From positions 5,352 to 69,351 of the forward strand of contig QZJG01000074.1 in assembly GCA_003599275.1 (NCBI GenBank): 64,000 nucleotides of DNA, in the 5' to 3' direction. The notes under the pieces are model-generated. The model saw only the letters and a program-made list of their open reading frames with translations, searched no databases and had not been told where the DNA came from. The position numbers and the translations under genes are program-made. Positions 7,191-15,566 of the stretch are shown here, in pieces; position 1 is the stretch's first letter, and the number at the start of each line of letters is the position of its first letter. This DNA is from Nitrospiraceae bacterium (GTDB lineage Bacteria; Nitrospirota; Thermodesulfovibrionia; UBA6902).

Positions 7191-8724
7191 CAAAAGGACC
7201 CCTGAAAAAAATCGCCGTCATCTGAAGGCCGAAGACCTGCCGAACGTCCCTCTTGTGATGAATGAGATATCGTCCCGTTTCATACGTGAAAACATGATCG
7301 TGCCCATAGATTTCAGGAACAATATTTTAAAGGTGGTAATGGCAAATCCCGGGGACAAAGCGACCATTGACGCCGTCAGGGTGGCGGCAGCGGCAGACGT
7401 CGAGGTATATTCAACCGGCCCGGACATCCTGGAAGAGTACATATCAAAGTTCTACGGGCAGGAGCCGCAGAATATAAACAAAATCATTGAGGACATCGGC
7501 GGAGAAGGTTTTGAATTCCTGAAAGACGATGAAGAAGACGTAGGACACCTCAAGGACCTCGCGTCAGAGGCCCCTATAATAAAACTCGTCAACATGCTCA
7601 TATCGAGGTCTGTCGAAAGCCGGGCCAGCGACATCCACATAGAGCCTTTTGAAGACGAGCTGAAGATCAGATACCGCATAGACGGCGTTTTATATGAAGT
7701 CGAATCGATACCCAAAAAACTGCAGGCGGCCATTATCTCGAGGATAAAGATAATGGCAAAGCTCAACATCGCTGAAAGGAGGCTGCCGCAGGACGGACGC
7801 ATCAAGCTCAAGGTCGCCGAGAGGGAGATAGACATGAGGGTCTCCACAATACCGGTGCTTTACGGTGAAAGCGTGGTAATGAGAATACTCAGCAAAGAAG
7901 GCATTGTCGTAGACCTGGACCTCCTCGGGTTTTCATCGCAGATGCTGTCCGCATTCAATCAGCTCATCAAAAAACCGAACGGCATCATACTGGTCACCGG
8001 GCCTACCGGCAGCGGAAAGACGACGACCCTTTACGGCGCCCTTGATAAAATAAATTCCCCGGACAGGAAGATCATCACCGTCGAAGACCCGATAGAGTAT
8101 CAGCTCAATGGAATAAACCAGATACAGATGAAACCGCAGATAGGCTTAAACTTTGCAACAACCCTCAGACACGTAGTCCGGCAGGACCCTGATATAATAA
8201 TGATCGGCGAAATCAGGGACCTCGAGACCGCCGAGATCGCCATACAGTCCGCCCTGACCGGACACCTTGTGTTTTCGACATTGCATACAAACGACGCCCC
8301 AAGCGCGATAACGAGACTTATCGACATGGGGCTTGAGAACTTTCTTCTTTCCTCCACCATCAGGGGAATACTGGCCCAGAGGCTTGTAAGGGTCATCTGC
8401 CCCGTGTGCAAAGAAATCGACACGTCAACGGCGGACCGGGAAGAGCTCGGGGTTTTGGGCATCGGCAGTGACGCGCCCCTTTATAAAGGCAGGGGCTGTG
8501 AGAAATGCACCCATACCGGTTATTACGGCAGGTCCGGGATATTCGAGCTGCTCGTCGTGACGGATGAAATACGAAGACTTGTCCTGAAGGACGCCGACTC
8601 CGGACAGATAAGGGAAGCGGCCAGAAAAGACGGCATGAAGACCCTGATGGAAGACGGCGCTGAAAAAATACGGTCGGGGGTCACAACCCTGAGCGAAATT
8701 TTGAAAGTAACGCAGGAGGCTTAA
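7177..8724 (+). CDS. gspE: type II secretion / type IV pilus assembly ATPase (GspE/PilB family)
   Basis: A T2SSE N-terminal domain, Walker A GPTGSGKTT, Asp and His boxes, and a C-terminal CPVC...CEKC zinc motif. The RBS is AAGGTGGA. Confidence 0.95.
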   Translation: MLQADKRTPEKNRRHLKAEDLPNVPLVMNEISSRFIRENMIVPIDFRNNILKVVMANPGDKATIDAVRVAAAADVEVYSTGPDILEEYISKFYGQEPQNINKIIEDIGGEGFEFLKDDEEDVGHLKDLASEAPIIKLVNMLISRSVESRASDIHIEPFEDELKIRYRIDGVLYEVESIPKKLQAAIISRIKIMAKLNIAERRLPQDGRIKLKVAEREIDMRVSTIPVLYGESVVMRILSKEGIVVDLDLLGFSSQMLSAFNQLIKKPNGIILVTGPTGSGKTTTLYGALDKINSPDRKIITVEDPIEYQLNGINQIQMKPQIGLNFATTLRHVVRQDPDIIMIGEIRDLETAEIAIQSALTGHLVFSTLHTNDAPSAITRLIDMGLENFLLSSTIRGILAQRLVRVICPVCKEIDTSTADREELGVLGIGSDAPLYKGRGCEKCTHTGYYGRSGIFELLVVTDEIRRLVLKDADSGQIREAARKDGMKTLMEDGAEKIRSGVTTLSEILKVTQEA

Positions 8725-8725
8725 A

Positions 8726-9922
8726 TTGGCTATCTTCTCGTACAAGGCCGCCTCCGCCGACGGGACTGTCGTAGAGGGTGTTCTGGAGGCTGCGGACGAG
8801 AGGGCAGCGGTCGAGAGGATCAAAAATTCCGGGGTCATCCTCCTGAAGATCGCCGCGCAGGGGGAAAAGACCGGGAAGAAATTACTGTTCAAAAAAACAT
8901 CAGGCGATGCGCTCCTTACGTTCACAACAGAGCTTTCCATCCTTTTGGCCGCAGGACTTCCCCTGGACAGGTCGCTGAATATACTCTCCGGAATTTCTGA
9001 AAGCGCAGAGATGAAAGGCGTGATCAGGACCATCCTGAAATCCATCCGGGAAGGCAGCTCGTTTTCCGAGGCCCTGCACAAGCATCCGAAAATATTCCCG
9101 AGGATTTATATAAACATAATAAAAGCCGGTGAGTCGGGCGGCGTGCTCAATGTGGTGCTGGACAAGCTGAATGAATTTCTTGAAACCACAAGAGAACTGA
9201 AAGAACATGTCATCTCTTCAATGATCTACCCTGTGATACTCCTTGCTACAGGCGGCATATCGATACTTATCCTCCTGACCTTTATGCTCCCGAAATTCAG
9301 CAAAATATTTTCGGAGCTCGGCGCATCGCTCCCCCTTTCCACACAAATGCTTCTCGCGTTCAGCAATGCAGTCAAGGCGTATTGGTGGTTCTTTCTGCTG
9401 TCCGCGGTCATAGGGGTAATGGCCTTCAGGAAATACATAGCCACCGAAAACGGCAGATACCGGTTTGATTCTTTTAAATTAAAGGTAATGGGAGACGTAA
9501 TAAGAAAACTCGAGACCGCGAGGTTCTGCAGGACGTTAGGCACCCTGCTGAAAAGCGGCGTGCCCATGCTCCAGGCGCTGAACAATGCAAAAGACGTTGT
9601 AAACAACCAGGCCATAGCCACAGCCATTGCTTCCGTGTCCAAAGGAGTCAAGGAAGGCAAAGGCATTACGGCTCCGTTGTCCGAAGCCGGGGTCCTGCCG
9701 CCGCTGGCCCTCTCGATGATACAGGTAGGCGAAGAAACGGGCCAGCTTGACAATATGCTGATCACGGTCGCAGTTACCTATGAAAAGAACCTGAAGGTCG
9801 CGATAAAGAGATTTATCAGCCTGCTTGAGCCTGCCATGATACTCGGAATGGGCCTGATAATAGGCTTTATAGTCCTCTCAATGCTCATGGGAATATTCAC
9901 CATATCGGAAGTACCGTTTTAG
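8726..9922 (+). CDS. gspF: type II secretion / type IV pilus inner-membrane platform protein (GspF/PilC family)
   Basis: TTG start 8 nt after GGAGG. The protein has the duplicated T2SSF domain architecture with three TM segments. The N-terminus is typical (MAIFSYKAASADG). Confidence 0.95.
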   Translation: MAIFSYKAASADGTVVEGVLEAADERAAVERIKNSGVILLKIAAQGEKTGKKLLFKKTSGDALLTFTTELSILLAAGLPLDRSLNILSGISESAEMKGVIRTILKSIREGSSFSEALHKHPKIFPRIYINIIKAGESGGVLNVVLDKLNEFLETTRELKEHVISSMIYPVILLATGGISILILLTFMLPKFSKIFSELGASLPLSTQMLLAFSNAVKAYWWFFLLSAVIGVMAFRKYIATENGRYRFDSFKLKVMGDVIRKLETARFCRTLGTLLKSGVPMLQALNNAKDVVNNQAIATAIASVSKGVKEGKGITAPLSEAGVLPPLALSMIQVGEETGQLDNMLITVAVTYEKNLKVAIKRFISLLEPAMILGMGLIIGFIVLSMLMGIFTISEVPF

Positions 9923-9926
9923 GAAA

Positions 9927-10073
9927 GCGTGTAGCGTATAGCGTGTAGCGTGTAGCGTGTATAAAAAAATTATGCGGAATGCAAGATTCATCCCGAATAT
10001 GTCGAGACCAATTTCAAATTTTAAATTTAAAAAAGACTTACCCTCTACACGCTACACGCTATACGCTACACGC
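9927..10073. repeat. 29-bp perfect-stem hairpin of GCGTRTA heptamers enclosing the start region of the first pseudopilin gene
   Basis: GCGTGTAGCGTATAGCGTGTAGCGTGTAG (9927-9955) is the exact reverse complement of 10045-10073. The 89-nt A/T-rich loop contains all candidate start codons. More CTACACG/CTACCCG heptamers follow up to 10140. Confidence 0.8.
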
Positions 10074-10574
10074 TTTCCCCTGCCCTCTACACGCTACACG
10101 CTCTTCCCTACCCGCTACCCGCTACACGCTACACGCTCTTCCCTGCGAAAGCAGGGCTTCACTCTGCTCGAGCTCATAATCGTAATGCTCATCGCCTCAC
10201 TCGTACTCGGACTTTCCACCGTTGTTTTTACCAATATGCTGCCGTCGGCAAGACTCGACGCAACGGTCAGGAAAATATCGGCCACCGTAAGACACGCCAG
10301 ATCGCTTGCAAAAGTCAACGGCGAAACGGAGAACGTCATAATAGACCTCGATGCAAGGAGGTTCGGGATGGAAGGCAGAGATTACGAAGCCATCCCCTCC
10401 GACATAAATATTAAAGTGCTGGACCCGCTGTCCGGAGAAACGAGCAGCGGAAAGTATACCCTGACTGTTAAGGCAACGGGCGGTATCGAAGGTGGGACCA
10501 TAGTAGTCTGGAGCAAAAAAAAGACCGTCCATATAGATATTGACCCGATTGTCGGAGCAGTGGTGGTTAAGTAA
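9957..10574 (+). CDS. GspH-like minor pseudopilin (prepilin-type G|FTLLE cleavage/methylation site); start uncertain
   Basis: RKQG|FTLLELIIVMLIASLVLGL is followed by a GspH-like body (ATVRKISATVRHARSLA). The only in-frame starts are GTG 9957, ATG 9972 and ATG 9999. Confidence 0.75.
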   Translation: MYKKIMRNARFIPNMSRPISNFKFKKDLPSTRYTLYATRFPLPSTRYTLFPTRYPLHATRSSLRKQGFTLLELIIVMLIASLVLGLSTVVFTNMLPSARLDATVRKISATVRHARSLAKVNGETENVIIDLDARRFGMEGRDYEAIPSDINIKVLDPLSGETSSGKYTLTVKATGGIEGGTIVVWSKKKTVHIDIDPIVGAVVVK

Positions 10575-10590
10575 GCAGCAAGGACAAGCA

Positions 10591-11079
10591 ATGCTGAATT
10601 TAACAACTTCAATAATTTCAAATCTCATATTTCAAATTTTAAATTTTAAATTTCAAAAAGACTTACCCCCTACTCCCTACTCTCTTGCCCCTTGCCCCTC
10701 CCGCAGGGCCGGCTTCACTCTGCTTGAAATCCTCGTGGCCCTTTCAATAACGGGCATTGCGCTTATAGTCGTGCTGCAGCTTTTTTCAGCCAATTTAAAG
10801 AATATCTCCGTCTCCGAAGACTATGTCTTCGCAGTCTCGAAAGCAGAGGCCCGGATGAGAGAGCTGCTGGAAGGTCAAAATCTCCAGGAGGGTTCATGGC
10901 GCGAGACCACGGCTGACGGATACAGGGTGGACATTGCCATAAAGAATTCTCAAAAGGAGAGGACGCAAAATCTGAAAGTGTCTCTCATGGAGATCGACCT
11001 GACAATACATTGGACAAACGCGGCAAAAGAGAGGTCGTTCACATTAAAATCAGCGAAGCTGGTAAAGAAAAGGGTGTAA
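10591..11079 (+). CDS. prepilin-type minor pseudopilin (GspI-like, tentative)
   Basis: The ATG at 10591 lies 6 nt after AAGGA. The cleavage site is SRRAG|FTLLEILVALSITGIALIVV. Confidence 0.7.
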   Translation: MLNLTTSIISNLIFQILNFKFQKDLPPTPYSLAPCPSRRAGFTLLEILVALSITGIALIVVLQLFSANLKNISVSEDYVFAVSKAEARMRELLEGQNLQEGSWRETTADGYRVDIAIKNSQKERTQNLKVSLMEIDLTIHWTNAAKERSFTLKSAKLVKKRV

Positions 11080-11089
11080 GGCAGAGACA

Positions 11090-11752
11090 ATGAACAATTC
11101 AAGATTCAAAATTCAAGATTCAAAATCTGATAACATTACTAATCTCAAATCCTCCTGCCCCCTACACCCTGCATCAAAAGGTTTCACCCTGCTTGAATTG
11201 ATGATCTCCATCACTATCCTCGGGGTCATTGTCCTGATCGTAAGCAGCGCCATGAAGGTGAGTTTCCGCTCTGTGAGCGCCGGGGAGAAAAAAATGGAGT
11301 CCCTCGAAAGGGTCCGGGCTTCCTTGAAAATTGTGGACTCGCAAATCCAGTCTTCAATCCCGCTCACTTACCTGACAGGCAGCGACCTTAAATACTATTT
11401 TTCCGGGCATAAGAGGTCTCTCAGGCTTTCAACAAATTATTCCCTGTGGAATGAAAACAGGGGATATGTCGTAGTTGCCTACAGAATTGTATCAGACGAT
11501 CACGGGAAAAAGTCTTTATATGCGTCTGAAAACATTGTAGGCGTCAAAGGTGAAAAAGAGGTGAAACTCCTCGACGGTCTTGACGAGATTTATTTTGAAT
11601 ACTTCTATACGGACCCGACGAAAACAGAAGGGGCATGGATAGAGGAATGGAAGTTTTTCAATTTTCCTGAAAAGATAAGATTAAACATAGTTGACGGGAC
11701 AAAGCGTTTTACCCTCGTCATGCCGTTGAGGGTAAGAAGTCTCGGCTTATAA
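11090..11752 (+). CDS. prepilin-type minor pseudopilin (GspJ-like, tentative)
   Basis: The only in-frame start is ATG 11090. The cleavage site is ASKG|FTLLELMISITILGVIVLIV. Confidence 0.7.
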   Translation: MNNSRFKIQDSKSDNITNLKSSCPLHPASKGFTLLELMISITILGVIVLIVSSAMKVSFRSVSAGEKKMESLERVRASLKIVDSQIQSSIPLTYLTGSDLKYYFSGHKRSLRLSTNYSLWNENRGYVVVAYRIVSDDHGKKSLYASENIVGVKGEKEVKLLDGLDEIYFEYFYTDPTKTEGAWIEEWKFFNFPEKIRLNIVDGTKRFTLVMPLRVRSLGL

Positions 11753-11804
11753 AACTGGAATACGGAAATAGCCTTCATAAATATGAAGACTTTATATAAA
11801 GCAT

Positions 11805-11834
11805 GTCATTCCCGCATATCTTTAGCGGGAATCC
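11805..11834. repeat. REP-like hairpin GTCATTCCCGC-N9-GCGGGAATCC
   Basis: Read directly. The same motif family recurs at 23147-23200, 24835-24858, 42713-42846 and 60155-60226. Confidence 0.65.
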
Positions 11835-11921
11835 ACCCTTCGCTCAGGATAACAGACGACCACCGAAGGACTCAGCGTAACCTGTACTCAGGACAGGCTC
11901 TGCCGAACCATGTATGCCCGA

Positions 11922-12080
11922 TTAATTGCCGCAGCAAATACGTCTCATTCTTTTCTTGCCTGTCGGCGATACGGACATGATAACATCCACCTTTTTTCCG
12001 CAGAGACTGCAGAGACGCGCTGACCCCTTCGCCTCGGCCCTTGCGGACACATCGGTCTTTGACTTCACTTTTCCGGCCAT
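11922..12080 (-). CDS. 52-aa basic Cys-rich (CxxC...CC) mini-protein, function unknown
   Basis: The ATG at 12080 lies 8 nt after a strong GGAGG. The product is MAGKVKSKTDVSARAEAKGSARLCSLCGKKVDVIMSVSPTGKKRMRRICCGN. The ORF track shows it only as part of the longer 11922..12179 frame. Confidence 0.5.
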   Translation of the reverse strand: MAGKVKSKTDVSARAEAKGSARLCSLCGKKVDVIMSVSPTGKKRMRRICCGN

Positions 12081-12354
12081 AATACTTACCTCCTCTCTTT
12101 TTATAACTTCCTGTACATACAAACATGACTTGCGCGCATTCGCCAGGCACACCGCTTCTTCACAAAAATGTGTCCTCATCTTCAGGATTTGAAAGTTGAG
12201 GAAACAGCAGGGCGGCGCTAATACGCAGCAAAATAATATAATTCAAACCTCAAAATATTGTCAAGGCCGCCAACTGTGCCGTGTCAAGCCCGGATTTTAA
12301 TCATCTGTATCTTGTGTATTGCAATACTGCCATGCAAAATTTTACGATTAACCT

Positions 12355-14748
12355 ATGGATGAACACACGTTCCGCGTACTTGAATTCGACAGGGTCCTCG
12401 AAATGGCTTCTGTGTTTGCCGTTACTGCGCCGGGAAAATACGCAGTTCAAAAAACAAAACCCCTCAAAAATATCGAAGAAGTAAAAAGGCGGACCGGCCT
12501 TGTATCCGAATGCCGGAATTTTCTTTCTGAAGGACGGTCTCCCGGCATAGAGCATTTCGACGACCTCACTCACCTGTTTCAGAAAATCAGGCCTGCCGAC
12601 GCAGTCCTTGCGCCCATGGAATTAAGGGCCTTCCTCCCGCTCTTCTATTCTTCATTCAACCTCAGGATATTAGGCGAAGGCACTTCATACCCCGGACTCG
12701 CCGGAATAGTTTCAGGGCTCATGACCCATCCGCATATCAGAAAGGCGATTGAGGGAGCAATAGACAGGGAAGGGAAAATCCGTGATGAGGCATCTCCGGA
12801 GCTCTCCCACATCCGGAGGACCATCAAGTCGATCGAGAACAGGATCAGGGGAATACTCGAAGTGATTTTGAAACAAAAAGAGATGGCGGCATACATGCAG
12901 GACTTCTATCTGGCAGAGAGGAACAACAGGTGGGTGGTCCCTGTGAAAAGGGGCTCCAAAGGGAATGTGCCGGGCGTAGTCCATGACATTTCAAATACCG
13001 GGGAGACAGTCTATGTCGAACCTTACGCCATTCAGATGCCGGGCAATGAGCTTGAATCTCTGCGGGCGGAAGAGAAACTTGAAGAATACAGGATACTAAG
13101 GGACCTGGCGTCCCTCGTGAGAGGGAGCCTTTCGGAAATTGAAGAGGATTACCGCATTGTTGCAAAGGTCGATGCATTGCAGGCCATAGCGGGCTTTTCA
13201 GGACAGATGGACATGGCGCCGCCTGAAATGACTGAAAAGAGTTATATGAAGATCATCAGGGGACGACATCCTCTCCTCTGGAAGACATTAAAAAAAGAAA
13301 GCCGTGAGGGGTCCCTTGTCCCGCTTGATGTCGAAACCGGCAGAGACCATTCGTGCATGGTAATTACCGGGTCCAATGCAGGCGGCAAGACAGTGACTCT
13401 CAAGACAATAGGCGTGCTGGCCCTCATGTCGCTTTCAGGGATGCACGTCCCTGCAGGCACGGGAACGGTAATCCCGTTTCTGAACAACGTTCTTGCGGAC
13501 ATCGGTGATGAGCAATCCATCGAACAGAACCTCTCCACCTTCTCGGCACACATCAAACGTATCTCCGGGATCATTCGCCGGAGCAGCGCCCACACGCTGA
13601 TTATTATTGACGAGCTCGGCACAGGCACAGACCCTGAACAGGGCGGAGCGCTTTCATGCGCCATTTTGAGGAAGCTGAAACAGCGGGGTGCGCTCACGCT
13701 TGTATCAACTCACCTCGGCACGCTCAAGGCTTTTGCCCATTCCGAGCCGGGCATGATAAACGCAGCCATGGAGATGAAGGAGACAAGCTCCAACGGAATC
13801 TCAACATACAGACCCACCTATAACCTTGTCATGGGAGAACCCGGGACATCACATGCCTTTGAGATTGCGGAATCACTCGGACTGGATGCCGACGTCATTG
13901 AAGAGGCAAGGGAATTCATCAAAGATGAGGGCGGGCGGATTGAATCGCTTATCACGGAGCTTAAACAGAAAACCGGGGACCTCGATAACAGGCTGAAGGA
14001 GACGGAAAAGCTGAAAATGGAAGTCGAGCATCTGAGGGCGGACCTGAAAGAAGAAAGCTCGCGTCTTAAAGCAATGGAAAAGGAAACACTGACAAAGGCG
14101 CTGAAGGACGCGGAAGAGGTTGTGCGCAAAACAAAGCGTGAGGCGCGGGACATTATCGAGACCCTGAAAAGGGCGACTCTCAAGGAGGCGGAAGAAGCGG
14201 CAATATCACTCGATAGAAAGCTCGATGAAATCGTGACCCTGCAAAAAGAGCATTCACCTGAAAAGGCCCTGCGGCTTAAAGAAGTCAGGGAAGGACAGCG
14301 TGTCTTCGTCAATACTTTCGGGAAACACGGCATAGTCAGGACGGTAAATGTGAGAACGCAAAGGTGCAGGGTAATAGTCGAAGGGAAAGAAATCACGGTC
14401 CCGCTCGATGAACTTTCAGGACCGTCAGCATCTCACACGCAGGTCCCAGCAGAAAAACGCAGGGACATGCCGCGATACACACATGCGGAGGCAACCGGAG
14501 ACATCAATATACCGGGGGAATTAAACGTCGTCGGCAAGCGCGTCGATCCTGCGTTATCTCTCATTGAACGCTACCTTAATGACGCATCACTGGCAGGTCT
14601 TGAGCGTATTAAAATAATCCACGGCATAGGCACAGGAATACTTTCAAAAGCGATAAGGGCTTATCTTAAAGACCATCCCCTCGTTGAAAGCTTCAGGAAA
14701 GGCGATGAAGACGAAGGCGGCGAGGCAGTGACTGTTGCGGCGCTGTGA
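12355..14748 (+). CDS. mutS2: endonuclease MutS2 (MutS ATPase + C-terminal Smr domain)
   Basis: Walker A GSNAGGKT, a long coiled-coil linker, and a C-terminal Smr domain (LNVVGKRVDPAL...IIHGIGTG). Confidence 0.95.
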   Translation: MDEHTFRVLEFDRVLEMASVFAVTAPGKYAVQKTKPLKNIEEVKRRTGLVSECRNFLSEGRSPGIEHFDDLTHLFQKIRPADAVLAPMELRAFLPLFYSSFNLRILGEGTSYPGLAGIVSGLMTHPHIRKAIEGAIDREGKIRDEASPELSHIRRTIKSIENRIRGILEVILKQKEMAAYMQDFYLAERNNRWVVPVKRGSKGNVPGVVHDISNTGETVYVEPYAIQMPGNELESLRAEEKLEEYRILRDLASLVRGSLSEIEEDYRIVAKVDALQAIAGFSGQMDMAPPEMTEKSYMKIIRGRHPLLWKTLKKESREGSLVPLDVETGRDHSCMVITGSNAGGKTVTLKTIGVLALMSLSGMHVPAGTGTVIPFLNNVLADIGDEQSIEQNLSTFSAHIKRISGIIRRSSAHTLIIIDELGTGTDPEQGGALSCAILRKLKQRGALTLVSTHLGTLKAFAHSEPGMINAAMEMKETSSNGISTYRPTYNLVMGEPGTSHAFEIAESLGLDADVIEEAREFIKDEGGRIESLITELKQKTGDLDNRLKETEKLKMEVEHLRADLKEESSRLKAMEKETLTKALKDAEEVVRKTKREARDIIETLKRATLKEAEEAAISLDRKLDEIVTLQKEHSPEKALRLKEVREGQRVFVNTFGKHGIVRTVNVRTQRCRVIVEGKEITVPLDELSGPSASHTQVPAEKRRDMPRYTHAEATGDINIPGELNVVGKRVDPALSLIERYLNDASLAGLERIKIIHGIGTGILSKAIRAYLKDHPLVESFRKGDEDEGGEAVTVAAL

Positions 14749-14793
14749 GAAGGCACTTGTAATGCGACGCCCTCGTATGCGACTATAATCACC

Positions 14794-15555
14794 ATGCTTG
14801 CGATATCCCTTCAATCAGGCAGCAACGGCAACTGCATGTATGTCGAAACTAAAGGCGTGAGACTGCTTTTTGACGCCGGTATCACGAGCGTTCAGGCGGC
14901 AGGCAGGCTTTCCGCCCACGGCATCAATATCAGGGACGTCAACGCCCTGATCATATCCCACGACCATGCCGACCACGTCCGTCATGCAGGGGTGTACCAG
15001 AGAAGATTCGGCCTGCCGGTGCATATAACCCCCTCGACAATGCAGAACGCCGCAAAGCGGCACGGCCTGGGGCAGATGGATGATATTAATTATTTCCGGT
15101 CGGGGGACGTCCTTAAATTCGGAGACGTTTCCGTGCATACCATCCCCTCGCCGCACGACGGCGTTGACGGGTCGGTCTTCGTGGTCTGCTCGGGCGACAA
15201 AAAGTTGGGGATATGGACAGACCTCGGTCATGTCTTCAAAGAGCTCTTTTCTCAAATCGCGTCTCTGGATGCTGTCTTCCTCGAAAGTAATTATGACCGT
15301 GAAATGTTGGCCAATGGGCCTTATCCCTGGTTTCTCAAGCAGCGGATACAGGGGCCGTCAGGCCATATCTCCAATGTGGAGGCCGCTGAACTTCTCCTGT
15401 CAGGCGGACGCCTGAAGTGGGCATGTCTGGCACATTTGTCAAAGCACAACAATAATCCCCATATAGCCCTTCAGACACACCGGCGGCTGATCGGGGATGC
15501 CCTTCCCCTGTATGTCGCAAGCCGGCACGAAGCTACAGGTGTAATGACCCTGTAA
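14794..15555 (+). CDS. MBL-fold metallo-hydrolase
   Basis: The HDHADH motif and overall beta-lactamase-fold sequence pattern. Confidence 0.85.
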   Translation: MLAISLQSGSNGNCMYVETKGVRLLFDAGITSVQAAGRLSAHGINIRDVNALIISHDHADHVRHAGVYQRRFGLPVHITPSTMQNAAKRHGLGQMDDINYFRSGDVLKFGDVSVHTIPSPHDGVDGSVFVVCSGDKKLGIWTDLGHVFKELFSQIASLDAVFLESNYDREMLANGPYPWFLKQRIQGPSGHISNVEAAELLLSGGRLKWACLAHLSKHNNNPHIALQTHRRLIGDALPLYVASRHEATGVMTL

Positions 15556-15566
15556 ATTACTCGTCT

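Noticed and set aside
9927-10140. Regularly spaced short repeats that might suggest a CRISPR array.
   Set aside because: The units are contiguous 7-nt tandem repeats with no spacers, arranged as complementary arms of a hairpin. No cas genes are present. It is not a CRISPR array.
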